Assembly: GCA_964507275.1 (NCBI GenBank) | Contig: CAZDPG010000001.1 | Span: 547,555-611,554 of the forward strand | Source: an uncultured Candidatus Saccharibacteria bacterium | GTDB taxonomy: Bacteria > Patescibacteriota > Minisyncoccia > Phycocordibacterales > Phycocordibacteraceae | DNA length: 64,000 bases | Reading direction: 5' to 3' | In this document: positions 1 to 9,164 of the stretch, piece after piece | How positions within the stretch are numbered: position 1 is the stretch's first letter | How the letters are laid out: the number at the start of each line of letters is the position of its first letter | The notes under the pieces: model-generated | The model's database searches: none | Told to the model about the DNA's origin: nothing | Seen by the model: only the letters and a program-made list of their open reading frames with translations | Made by a program: the position numbers and the translations under genes

Positions 1-16
1 TGTTGGCTCAGTTGGT

Positions 17-1600
17 ATGGTCGTTGATAAGAAACACCTCTTGAGTAAAAGGTGGCTCAGTATCTACTTATTCCGTGATGAGTCTGATAATCAAATTAAG
101 ATTGACCTCCGTTCAAAGAAGATTATCTCCGACCCTAAGTCGGTGTTCAACAAAACAAACTGCGCTTACTTGGTTGACTACGCGACTCTAAGCGTGGAAG
201 AACAAAATGTTATTTCTGAAAACACCCTCTACAAAAACAAGGATTCTTTTGTTGGATACGTTACGTCAGGTTCAAACATCAACACCATTAACTTTTCAGT
301 TTTAAGAGATACTGGTGGCGAGGCAAACCAAATATCTGAGGGTTCTGTGCTTAGAACTACGATATATGGCAACGAAACTCTCTATCAGGTGATAAACGGA
401 AACACCAAAGAAGAACACCTTGAGAATTTTGATACTCACGGTTTCGTGGTGGGTATCGCAAGGAAACTCGGTAAATACAACCGAACACTTAAGACGCTGG
501 ACGTTAGCAAGTGGGTTCCCTCCATATACTCACCGTTATTTTTCGCCAATAACGCTGTTGTAACTCCCGCAAAGCTTAGGGAAATTGCCCGAGACTCTGT
601 TGGTAGATTGCCGAACTCAGATTACGAAATACCGATTAACGATATAAATTCTATTGTTACGCACAACACCGCTATCCTAGGCATATTGGGTATCGGTAAG
701 TCGTGCCTTGCATATGAACTCATAAAGCGCGTAACTGACGAAAACATAAAGGTTATCGCCATAGACATAACCAACGAATACAAAAAGGAACTACCGCCTT
801 ATATACCTACAGCGGGCGGGATAGTCTCTGATGATGAAAATGCTTTTAACGACATAAATACCCGTTACGAGTTCATTCATACAGAGGGAGCAGGAGCGGC
901 GGCAAAAGAGAACCCTGATAAAAGCGGTAACCTTGCTGAGTATAAAGTTGCGGTACACAAAGACCTCTGCCAGTTTTTGTTCGGAACAGACGAGGTACCC
1001 GAGAACAAGGACTTTGAAGATACTAAGAAAGTAAGAATTTATAACGTTGACTATCACAAGGCGTCTAGGGGCGAAAAGATTGGCTATAAGGTTCTTACAA
1101 CCGACCTAACTCAAGCTGAAAAGACTAGGGTTATAACCGAGGAGCTTTTCAAAATCCTGATGAAAATTCCGTTGGCAGACGAGAAGAAAGCAAAAGTATT
1201 CGTGGTCTTTGAGGAGGCGCACTCGTTGATACCTGAATGGAATTCAGTCGCAAGTGAGGGGGACAAAACAGCCGTAAACGGAACGGCCAAAGTAATCTTG
1301 CAGGGTCGCAAATACGGTCTCGGAAGTATGGTTATTACCCAAAGAACTGCGAACGTAAGCAAAAGCATTTTGAATCAATGCAATACAGTGTTTGCTCTAC
1401 GCGTCTTTGACGATACGGGAAAGGACTTCTTGGCAAATTACATAGGTAGGGATTACGCAGATACTCTCGCTACTCTTGAGGAAAGGCACGCAATTGCTAT
1501 AGGAAAGGGTTTGAGGCTAAGACAGCCAGTCATTGTTCAGCTTAACCAGAGAGAAAATCTACTTCCCGAACCTACGCCTGAACCCGAGGGAGTAGTCTAG
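17..1600 (+). CDS. HerA/FtsK-like P-loop ATPase (DUF87/AAA-like domain family)
   Basis: 527-aa ORF. Walker A GILGIGKSCLAYEL and Walker B KVFVVFEEAHSLIP are present. C-terminal ITQRTANVSKSILNQCNTVFALRV signature is characteristic of HerA/DUF87 ATPases. Lies in an AT-rich segment unlike the rest of the window. The true N-terminus may lie upstream of the window. Confidence 0.55.
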   Translation: MVVDKKHLLSKRWLSIYLFRDESDNQIKIDLRSKKIISDPKSVFNKTNCAYLVDYATLSVEEQNVISENTLYKNKDSFVGYVTSGSNINTINFSVLRDTGGEANQISEGSVLRTTIYGNETLYQVINGNTKEEHLENFDTHGFVVGIARKLGKYNRTLKTLDVSKWVPSIYSPLFFANNAVVTPAKLREIARDSVGRLPNSDYEIPINDINSIVTHNTAILGILGIGKSCLAYELIKRVTDENIKVIAIDITNEYKKELPPYIPTAGGIVSDDENAFNDINTRYEFIHTEGAGAAAKENPDKSGNLAEYKVAVHKDLCQFLFGTDEVPENKDFEDTKKVRIYNVDYHKASRGEKIGYKVLTTDLTQAEKTRVITEELFKILMKIPLADEKKAKVFVVFEEAHSLIPEWNSVASEGDKTAVNGTAKVILQGRKYGLGSMVITQRTANVSKSILNQCNTVFALRVFDDTGKDFLANYIGRDYADTLATLEERHAIAIGKGLRLRQPVIVQLNQRENLLPEPTPEPEGVV

Positions 1601-1846
1601 GAATTCAGGTCGTAAAAGTGATAAAATAGCTTTGGTTCTACAAGCCTAACCCCTAAGCAATGAGGCCTAGGGTATGGCACATAAATTCCCACGCAAATAG
1701 AAGCGGCCACATAAGCCGACATTCATTTGCGTGGGTCTGTATCCGAAAGGTTACAGGGTAATTTCCGAAAGGGAGTTGCCGTCGGTCTTGTGTGGCCACT
1801 TCTGTTTCCACGCTAGGCTCTTTACTAGAAAACCCACGCAAACAAT

Positions 1847-2092
1847 ATGTTAGACCAAGTAATTATTAGCGGCCTTTCTGGTGCGCTGATTATCGTGTAT
1901 TTTTTTGGACTTGGAATTATCTTTAGGATTTTCCGAGACCACCGAGACAAGGGCTTGAGTTGGAAAGAAAGCTTCAAGAGCAACGTTAAGGGGGTTAGGA
2001 GTTGGATATTCTTCTCTTTTGCCGCTCTCGTTACCTCAGTAATTGTTCTCGGCATTGGAACTTCTATCCTAGATAGTATTGGTTTGATTTAG
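1847..2092 (+). CDS. small two-TM membrane protein (holin-like or toxin-like), hypothetical
   Basis: 81-aa ORF with two hydrophobic helices (GLSGALIIVYFFGLGIIF and IFFSFAALVTSVIVLGIG) separated by a basic loop. AT-rich context. Confidence 0.4.
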   Translation: MLDQVIISGLSGALIIVYFFGLGIIFRIFRDHRDKGLSWKESFKSNVKGVRSWIFFSFAALVTSVIVLGIGTSILDSIGLI

Positions 2093-2097
2093 GTAAA

Positions 2098-2230
2098 GAA
2101 AATGTCGGAAAATGTCTGTTCTGGGAGGTAGAAGATATAGGAAAATATCGGTTTTTGACGCTATAAAAATGGCTGATAATGGCTGTTTTTAGAAACCTCC
2201 AATTGGTGGAAAATGGCGGAATTTTGGTGG
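2098..2230. repeat. iteron-like array, 7 copies of a ~10-11 bp motif AAAATG(T/G)C(G/T)G arranged as three tandem pairs plus one single
   Basis: Copies read directly: GAAAATGTCGG at 2098, GGAAAATGTCTG at 2107, GGAAAATATCGG at 2140, AAAAATGGCTG at 2165, ATAATGGCTG at 2176, GGAAAATGGCGG at 2208, AATTTTGGTGG at 2220. Sits in the AT-rich gap between two convergent small genes. Confidence 0.6.
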
Positions 2231-2244
2231 TATCTCAACACCAT

Positions 2245-2523
2245 TTAGTTACGCGTGTTTTTAAGCAAGCTATGCAAAAGCTGTTCATTATCAACCTCAA
2301 TTGAGGAAACAGCGATATTTATTTCACGCCCCGTCTTTAATTTCAGCTTCTCCATTTTGTTGGAGTAGTAATAAGTTGGTTTTTCTCCCTTTGGCGTACT
2401 TGTTCCGACTATCACCTCTAAACCAGAGCCGAAATCAAAATCACGCTCAAGCTTGGCGATATTTGCCTCAGTAAGAGGTCTTTTATCCTTATTGGCGGTT
2501 CGTTTAAGCTTTGCTGTTTTCAT
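2245..2523 (-). CDS. small basic hypothetical protein (possible DNA-binding protein)
   Basis: 92-aa ORF with Lys/Arg-rich N-terminus (MKTAKLKRTANKDKRPL). AT-rich. No family recognised. Confidence 0.35.
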   Translation of the reverse strand: MKTAKLKRTANKDKRPLTEANIAKLERDFDFGSGLEVIVGTSTPKGEKPTYYYSNKMEKLKLKTGREINIAVSSIEVDNEQLLHSLLKNTRN

Positions 2524-2680
2524 AGCGTTTGTTGGCAGAATTTACCCTGTAGGCGTGAATTCTCCGTATTTGCTTATCAATATCATAGCAAAATAGAACT
2601 AGATTGTGATTGAGGCTTCTCTGGGGGTTCGGGGTATAGAATGATGTCTCACAAAGTTAAAGAGGAGTACCATATGAGGA

Positions 2681-3811
2681 ATGGAACCGCTCGCCGCCAG
2701 GATACGCCCACGGAAAATAGACGATGTCGTCGGACAAGAACATCTTGTGGGCGCAGGGAAACCGCTTCGCATCGCGATAGAGAAGAAGCACAGGTTCTCA
2801 TTTATCCTCTGGGGTCCTCCAGGAACAGGGAAGACAACCATCGCGCGCATCTATGCCCGCGCGCTCGATGCCGAGCTCTTCGAGCTCTCGGCAGTGTCGG
2901 CAGGGAAGGATGATATACGGAAGATCATCTCGACGGCAGCAAACGGAAAAGAAAAAGTCCTCTTTCTCGACGAGATCCACCGATTCAATAAGAGCCAACA
3001 GGACTTCCTCTTGCCGTACGTGGAGAGCGGAGAGCTCACTCTCATCGGTGCGACGACCGAAAATCCGTCATTCGAGGTCATCTCCCCGCTCCTCTCACGT
3101 TGCCGTGTGTTTGTGCTTGAACCGCTCTCTGAGGAGGCGCTCCGAGCCATCACCAAGCGAACCAAGATCAAACTGAAGAAAGATGCCTTCGATTGGCTCA
3201 TGGGGTACGCGAATGGCGATGCGCGCAAAGCGCTCGGCATGATGGAGGGAGCACAGAGCTTGTATGGGGAAGTGACGGTGGTGACACTGAATGAAGCGCT
3301 CGAATCGCCGCATCTGCGTTACGACAAAAAGGGAGAGGAGCACTACGATACCATCAGCGCATTCATTAAGAGCATGCGTGCATCGCAGGCCGATGCGGCG
3401 CTATATTATCTCGCGCGCATGGTCGAAGCAGGGGAGGACCCGCTCTTCATCGCGAGACGCATGGTGGTCTTCGCGTCAGAAGACGTCGGCCTCGCGCAGC
3501 CAACCGCTCTCGTAGTGGCAAATGCCGTTTTCCGCGCATGCGAGACAATCGGGTATCCGGAATGCGCTATCAGCCTCGCCCATGGTGTCGCGTATCTTGC
3601 ACAAGCGAAGAAAGACCGATCTGCGTACGACGCGCTGCGTGCGGTGCAAGCCGATGTACGCACACATGGCAATCTGCCCGTGCCGAAGAAGATACGTAAT
3701 GCCCCGACGAAGCTGCTGAAAGAGCTCGATTACGGCAAAGGATATGAAATGTATGCCGACGTCGAATCATATCTGCCGGACAAATTGAAGAAAAAGAAGT
3801 ATTTGAGATAG
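2681..3811 (+). CDS. rarA: replication-associated recombination protein A (MgsA/RarA AAA+ ATPase)
   Basis: N-terminus LAARIRPRKIDDVVGQEHLVG, Walker A GPPGTGKTT, Walker B LFLDEIHRFNKSQQD and the C-terminal MgsA helical domain. Confidence 0.9.
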   Translation: MEPLAARIRPRKIDDVVGQEHLVGAGKPLRIAIEKKHRFSFILWGPPGTGKTTIARIYARALDAELFELSAVSAGKDDIRKIISTAANGKEKVLFLDEIHRFNKSQQDFLLPYVESGELTLIGATTENPSFEVISPLLSRCRVFVLEPLSEEALRAITKRTKIKLKKDAFDWLMGYANGDARKALGMMEGAQSLYGEVTVVTLNEALESPHLRYDKKGEEHYDTISAFIKSMRASQADAALYYLARMVEAGEDPLFIARRMVVFASEDVGLAQPTALVVANAVFRACETIGYPECAISLAHGVAYLAQAKKDRSAYDALRAVQADVRTHGNLPVPKKIRNAPTKLLKELDYGKGYEMYADVESYLPDKLKKKKYLR

Positions 3812-3835
3812 ATAGCAACCGCAAAAGGCACCGCA

Positions 3836-4582
3836 TTGCGCTCATGGTATTCTCGACATATGTTTCCAACGATTACCCCGGAAATGGCATCTCTCCTCAT
3901 CCCGATTGGCGGGCTTGTCCTTATCTCAGCCGTCGCACGAACTATCCATTTCGAACTCTTTGAGAAATACTTCAAGCTCACGTTCGCGGATGCACCGGTG
4001 TGGTCCCTGTTCTATTTCGGCATATGGACGGCGCTCGTGGCACTCCTCTTCCCGGCGCAGGCACAGGCGCTCTTCGCCGACGTCTCGATCCTCGGATACC
4101 TCGTACTCGCGTTCATGCTCATCGTCGTCTTCCCGATGCTCTACCGCGCACTACGCGAGAGAGACGGAAGCCCTGAGTGGCTCATTGCTCTCTATCCGGA
4201 TGAAGGGATGCTCACACTCGGCGAGCGCTATATCCTGGCGAAGATAGCTGATGTCGCCTTCCAACAGCTCATCAGTGGCATCCTTATCCTTACTCTGTCT
4301 ACGGCCGGTGTATCGTATCCGGCCATCGTTGGAGTGTTCATCGGTCTTTTTGCCGCGGCGCATTTGTATATTTTCCGTACGGACGGTCTCCTCTGGGGTC
4401 TTCATTACACGACCTATGCTGCACTCGGCGGTTTCGCGTTCCCATTCCTGATTCTGTTCGTTCCTGGGGGCATCGTGTACGCCATCCTTATTCATATGTT
4501 CTTCTACGTTTTTTCCGGTATCTTCTTCGCAAAGTTGCCGCGACCAAGTACAACCATCGCCCACGAATTCAGCGGGACCTGA
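3836..4582 (+). CDS. polytopic membrane protein, hypothetical
   Basis: 248 aa with about 6 hydrophobic helices. No recognisable motif. Confidence 0.45.
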   Translation: MRSWYSRHMFPTITPEMASLLIPIGGLVLISAVARTIHFELFEKYFKLTFADAPVWSLFYFGIWTALVALLFPAQAQALFADVSILGYLVLAFMLIVVFPMLYRALRERDGSPEWLIALYPDEGMLTLGERYILAKIADVAFQQLISGILILTLSTAGVSYPAIVGVFIGLFAAAHLYIFRTDGLLWGLHYTTYAALGGFAFPFLILFVPGGIVYAILIHMFFYVFSGIFFAKLPRPSTTIAHEFSGT

Positions 4583-4605
4583 CGTCTAAGAAAGCGACAG
4601 GTAGA

Positions 4606-4643
4606 AACAAACGCGGCGCCAAAAGGCGCCGCGTTTGTTTCTA
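4606..4643. terminator. bidirectional rho-independent terminator (perfect inverted repeat)
   Basis: aaacaaacgcggcgcc-aaaa-ggcgccgcgtttgttt is a 16-bp perfect stem, flanked by T/A runs, between convergent genes (3836..4582 + and hup -). Confidence 0.75.
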
Positions 4644-4657
4644 CGAACTGTCTTACC

Positions 4658-4930
4658 TTATTTGACCGCGTCCTTGAGAGCCTTCGCTGGGCGGAACTTC
4701 GCCGTGCGTGTTGCTGCGATCTGAATCGTCTCGCCAGTGCGGGGATTGCGACCCTGGCGTGCTGGACGTGCCTTCGTCGCGAAGATACCGAGACCAGCGA
4801 TCGAGACTTCGTCACCCGACTTGAGGCCGTGAGTGATGGAATCGATAACAGTCTCAACAGCGCGCTCTGCATCGGCCTTCGTCGAGCCGAGAACGCTGTG
4901 CACCTTATCGACAATATCTGCTTTGTTCAT
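4658..4930 (-). CDS. hup: DNA-binding protein HU
   Basis: 90 aa. MNKADIVDKV...GFGIFATKARPARQGRNPRTGETIQI matches the HU/IHF fold arm region. Confidence 0.9.
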   Translation of the reverse strand: MNKADIVDKVHSVLGSTKADAERAVETVIDSITHGLKSGDEVSIAGLGIFATKARPARQGRNPRTGETIQIAATRTAKFRPAKALKDAVK

Positions 4931-5058
4931 GAGTGTCTGCTACTTGGTAATCCCGCGGACGCGGAGCGCGAGAGCGGTATGCCACAAAGTATAGGAAATG
5001 AGCCATATTGCGCAATAGGGCTTGCCAAGCACGCGTGGATAGCGCGAAATCCTAGAAA

Positions 5059-6588
5059 CTAGCGGGCGAATTCAACAACGCGGTTCTCTCTGATGATGTT
5101 CACCTTGATCTCCCCCGGGTACTTCAGCTCCTCTTGTACGCGTTTCGCGATGTCACGCGCAAGTTTGTGCATCGCGATGTCAGAGATCTTGCCCGGGTTC
5201 ACGAATACTCGTATTTCACGCCCCGCAGCAATCGCATACACCTTCTCGACGCCCTCGAAGGTCGCCGCGAGACGCTCGAGCTCGCCCAATCGCTCGAGAT
5301 AGCGATCGACGGTGTCACGGCGAGCGCCTGGGCGACCACCAGAAATAGCATCCGCCACCTGCACGATGACCGCTTCTGGCGTTTCATAGGGATACTCCTC
5401 GTGATGCGACTGCATTGCGACGATGACGCGCGGGTCGACACCGAACTTCTCGAGAATGCGTCGCCCTATCTCGACGTGCGTACCCTGCACTTCGTGGTCA
5501 ACGGCCTTCCCAATATCGTGCAGGAGCGCTCCAGCGCGTGCGATAGCCACATCAGCACCGAGCTCCGTGGCGAGCATACCGGCGATGTGTGCCATCTCGA
5601 CTGAATGCTGAAGAATATTCTGTCCGAAGCTGGTGCGGAAATGCAGACGCCCCAAAAGAGCGATGAGTTTCGGATCGAGACCGACGACTCCCGCCTCATA
5701 CGCCGCCGCTTCGCCCTTCTGTTGCACGAGCTCGGCTATTTCTGCACGCGTCTTCTCGACGATTTCCTCTATTTTTGCCGGTTGGATACGCCCATCAGCG
5801 ATAAGTTTCTCAAGAGATATCTTCGCGATAGCCCGGCGCAGCGGATCAAACGAGGAGAGGGTAATCCTGTCCGGTACATCATCGATGAGCACGTCGACGC
5901 CAGTCGCTCGCTCGAATGCCTTGATATTGCGACCTTCTTTGCCGATGATCTTTCCCTTCATCTCTTCCGAGGGGATAGTGACCGAGAGCGACATCACATC
6001 GGCATTCACCGCATTCCCGAGACGGTGGATGATCGTGGTGAGAATATCGCGTGCTTTATCCTCGAGGCGTTCCCGACCATTCGCTGCGAGCTTCTGAAGA
6101 CGTAGCAGGATAGATTCTTCGTGAGAGCGCTCAATCTCAGCAAAAAGCTCTTCGCGAGCCTTGTCTTCTGAGAGGTGCGCTATTTTCGCAAGCTCCTTCG
6201 AGCGTTCTGCAGCGAGCCTCTCCGCCTCGCTTCTCGCGCGAGTGGCTTCCTGCTCCCGAACACGCACTTCAGCCTCTTTTTCATCGAGGTCGCGCTGGCG
6301 CGAATCGATGAACTCCTCGCGAAGAGCGAGACGTTCTTCGCGGAGAGAGATCTTTTCCTCCCGTTCCTCGAGTGGTGCAAGCCGTTCAGTTTCTACGACC
6401 GCACTCCGGAATTCCGCATCCGCGAGTATCTTCGCCGCCTGCTCCTTCGCATGGAGCATCTTTTGTTTGATATCGAGCTCAACTGAACCGCGCTGTGCGA
6501 GACCGATGAGGACGCGGAGCACATAGCCGAGTACAATGCCGCCTACGCCCGAGAGCGCCAGCATGATCAATATGATTTTGAGTGACAT
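5059..6588 (-). CDS. rny: ribonuclease Y
   Basis: N-terminal TM helix, long coiled-coil (REEFIDSRQRDLDEKEAE...), KH domain and HD domain (LLHDIGKAVDHEVQGTHVEIG). Confidence 0.9.
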   Translation of the reverse strand: MSLKIILIMLALSGVGGIVLGYVLRVLIGLAQRGSVELDIKQKMLHAKEQAAKILADAEFRSAVVETERLAPLEEREEKISLREERLALREEFIDSRQRDLDEKEAEVRVREQEATRARSEAERLAAERSKELAKIAHLSEDKAREELFAEIERSHEESILLRLQKLAANGRERLEDKARDILTTIIHRLGNAVNADVMSLSVTIPSEEMKGKIIGKEGRNIKAFERATGVDVLIDDVPDRITLSSFDPLRRAIAKISLEKLIADGRIQPAKIEEIVEKTRAEIAELVQQKGEAAAYEAGVVGLDPKLIALLGRLHFRTSFGQNILQHSVEMAHIAGMLATELGADVAIARAGALLHDIGKAVDHEVQGTHVEIGRRILEKFGVDPRVIVAMQSHHEEYPYETPEAVIVQVADAISGGRPGARRDTVDRYLERLGELERLAATFEGVEKVYAIAAGREIRVFVNPGKISDIAMHKLARDIAKRVQEELKYPGEIKVNIIRENRVVEFAR

Positions 6589-6778
6589 ACGCCCGTTTTA
6601 ATTAAGCCCGGCTGTCCTATGACACGCTCGGGGGAAGGATTCTAAAGAAGGAAGAGGGGCAGACAATCGGTCAGAGCGGGTGGGCGGTAGAGCAGTATGG
6701 GGAGACTCTAGCACAAAATCCCGTATGGCGAAGCTGGTAGATTTCTTGCCTGATTTGCATTCCTGATGCGTAGGAGTA

Positions 6779-7720
6779 GTGTTGCATACGGACACCAGAC
6801 CTTTGGTGAATACGGCTTTCGCCGGACATATCAGGAGACTGAACATGAAGTGTACGAGTATATCGACTGGCAGTTCCAGCGACGACCGCCTTACGCTGGA
6901 ACAATTCAGCGGGAGCGAACATGCGGGAACCCCGCTTGGCAAGCTCCTCACCGCTCTCACCGGGGAAGCCGTCTGGTCAAACGACTACACGGTCTACGCT
7001 TCCTTCGGCAGCGGGAAGCCCTTCTTGCAAGTCAATCATCGAACCTTCCTCTCTGAGGAATCGCTCATGATTTACGACGATGCGAAAACCGTCCTGTCTG
7101 TTCACGGCGTGGAGGACGCTGTTCGGGCGCTGATTCGCGACTCGCAAAAGGCGATGCATTCTTCGATCAACCTCTTGCAGTCCCGACGAGACGATCTCGG
7201 CCGTGTATCCGACAAGATCATGTGGGACAAAGCACGGGCGGCAATCGTGGCAGCCTTTCCGCAAGCTGCTGACGCCACACCGAGTCATGTCGGAATGGAG
7301 AATGACCTCTACGCCTTCTCTGCAAACAAGGGCGAACGCAAAGGACCCATCTTCGTCGCGCGAGCAATCGACCGCGAGTTCATCGGCGGCACAGCTTGCG
7401 TCGAGTGCAACGGTTTCGATTGGTACAAGGCCGGTAATGGTGTCGAGAAAGGCCAGCGGCACTATCTCTTCTGGGCGGCACTTGCACGAGCATTTGCCGC
7501 GCATAGGCACGCTATCCCGGAAACGGATCTGCGGTGCGAGAGGGTTTTCGCAAGCGAGAAGCCCTGGGAATTCCCGCAACCCGAGCCGTACATCGTCGAG
7601 AAAGTGGTCTTCGACCTTTTGTGCGAGGACGAGAATGTCGTCATCGAGGTCAATTTCGGAAGCGACAACCTGCCGGAAAGAGCGTTCATCCAGCAGAAGG
7701 AATCTGCCACCAGCATCTGA
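6779..7720 (+). CDS. hypothetical protein (no family recognised)
   Basis: 313-aa ORF followed by its own terminator. Start codon uncertain; the alternative is M at 6845. An overlapping antisense ORF was judged spurious. Confidence 0.45.
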   Translation: MLHTDTRPLVNTAFAGHIRRLNMKCTSISTGSSSDDRLTLEQFSGSEHAGTPLGKLLTALTGEAVWSNDYTVYASFGSGKPFLQVNHRTFLSEESLMIYDDAKTVLSVHGVEDAVRALIRDSQKAMHSSINLLQSRRDDLGRVSDKIMWDKARAAIVAAFPQAADATPSHVGMENDLYAFSANKGERKGPIFVARAIDREFIGGTACVECNGFDWYKAGNGVEKGQRHYLFWAALARAFAAHRHAIPETDLRCERVFASEKPWEFPQPEPYIVEKVVFDLLCEDENVVIEVNFGSDNLPERAFIQQKESATSI

Positions 7721-7741
7721 TCGGCATTCACCGCGCCATTG

Positions 7742-7790
7742 CAAAGGGCGGTTCGCGAGACTTCGCGAACCGCCCTTTTTATTTTCTTGC
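7742..7790 (+). terminator. rho-independent terminator
   Basis: agggcggttcgcgagacttcgcgaaccgccct stem followed by TTTTTATTTT. Confidence 0.7.
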
Positions 7791-7797
7791 TGTCTCC

Positions 7798-8397
7798 TTA
7801 TTTGAACACCTGATCGACAATGCCGTACTTCTTGGCTTCGTCGGCGGTCATGAAGAAGTCACGCTCGACGTCCTTCTCGATCTTCGCGAGCGTCTGGCCG
7901 GTATTCTTCGCGAGAATGCGGTTGAGGTTCGCACGCAGCTTCAGAATCTGCTTCGCGGTGATCTCGATGTCGGTCGCCTGACCCTCGGCACCACCATGCG
8001 GCTGATGAATCATGATCTCAGCATTCGGGAGTGCGAAACGCTTGCCTTTCTGACCGGCAGAAAGGAGAATGGCACCGCCTGATGCCGCCATACCGACGCA
8101 TACGGTCGAGACATGCGGCTTTATATGATTCATCGTGTCCACCATAGCGAGGGTCGCGGTGACCGAGCCGCCCGGAGAATTGATATAGAGTGAGATATCC
8201 TTCTTCGCGTCCTCAGACTCGAGGAAGAGGAGCTGGGCGATGACAAGATTCGCGACATCGTCGTCGATTGGGCCGCCGAGGAAGATGATGCGCTCCTTCA
8301 AGAGGCGAGAGTATATGTCATACGCGCGCTCGCCGAACTGGCTCTTCTCAATGACCATCGGGACCATCATTGAGGATTTCGTCTGGGTGTATTTCAT
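7798..8397 (-). CDS. clpP: ATP-dependent Clp protease proteolytic subunit
   Basis: 199 aa. Contains [12 protein letters not shown] and the catalytic Ser in [14 protein letters not shown], plus MIHQPHGG. Confidence 0.9.
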   Translation of the reverse strand: MKYTQTKSSMMVPMVIEKSQFGERAYDIYSRLLKERIIFLGGPIDDDVANLVIAQLLFLESEDAKKDISLYINSPGGSVTATLAMVDTMNHIKPHVSTVCVGMAASGGAILLSAGQKGKRFALPNAEIMIHQPHGGAEGQATDIEITAKQILKLRANLNRILAKNTGQTLAKIEKDVERDFFMTADEAKKYGIVDQVFK

Positions 8398-8422
8398 ACG
8401 TAAGGCTTTCTAGGCGATTAAA

Positions 8423-8617
8423 TTACTCTGCCGTTATCGGGGCGAGAAGCTCCTGCTCCTGTGCGATGCGCTTGCCCCACGAATAGAACGCGCCGATTAT
8501 GATCATGAGCACGATGACGACGATTGAGATCATCACGCCCCACTGCTGTTGGCGAACAGAAGGGATACCGGGCTGAGGGGCTTGTTCTCCTGGCATGAGA
8601 AGTTTTTCGTCTTCCAT
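8423..8617 (-). CDS. small single-TM membrane protein, hypothetical
   Basis: Start trimmed to MEDEKLL so that it abuts the ppa stop. Hydrophobic helix MISIVVIVLMIIIGAFYSW. Confidence 0.35.
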   Translation of the reverse strand: MEDEKLLMPGEQAPQPGIPSVRQQQWGVMISIVVIVLMIIIGAFYSWGKRIAQEQELLAPITAE

Positions 8618-8618
8618 A

Positions 8619-9137
8619 TTATTTAGACGCTTCGTACAGCTTCCGGCCCTTCTCAAACGCCGCTTCGGCTTCGGCCCTGCCGTCGAAACCATTTATCGTG
8701 ACTTCCTTGTTCTGAAGCTGCTTGTACGTGGAGTAGAAGTGCTCGATCTCCTTGAGCGTGTGCTTGTTGATATCTGCGAGGTCAGCAACATCCTTCCAGC
8801 GTGGGTCGTCGGCTGGGACTGCAATTACCTTGTCATCCCCCTCGCCGCTATCGATCATGTGCATGATAGCGACCGGACGAGCACGCACCAGGATGCCCGG
8901 CACGAGTGGGTAAGTCGTGAGTAGAATCACATCGAGAGCATCACCATCGTCCCAGAGCGTCTGCGGCACGAAGCCGTAATCAAACGGGAAGCTTTGGGCA
9001 GTGTACGCCACACGATCAAGGGCGATGAGACCCGTCTTCTTGTCGATCTCGTATTTATTATTCGAGCCCTTGTTGATCTCGACGATCACGTTCATTTCTT
9101 CTTTCGTACCCGGATCAATGTCGTGTAGTAGGTTCAT
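8619..9137 (-). CDS. ppa: inorganic pyrophosphatase
   Basis: 172 aa. Family I PPase motifs DGDALDVIL and DDKVIAV. Confidence 0.9.
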   Translation of the reverse strand: MNLLHDIDPGTKEEMNVIVEINKGSNNKYEIDKKTGLIALDRVAYTAQSFPFDYGFVPQTLWDDGDALDVILLTTYPLVPGILVRARPVAIMHMIDSGEGDDKVIAVPADDPRWKDVADLADINKHTLKEIEHFYSTYKQLQNKEVTINGFDGRAEAEAAFEKGRKLYEASK

Positions 9138-9164
9138 ATGATCAGATTATACCGCACCGACGAT

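Noticed and set aside
1653-1841. 62-aa minus-strand ORF in the structured region
   Set aside because: Falls entirely within the hairpin-rich leader. More likely non-coding.
6977-7744. 255-aa minus-strand ORF overlapping the 6779..7720 gene
   Set aside because: Arg/Cys-rich, low-complexity translation. The plus-strand ORF has a matching terminator right after its stop.
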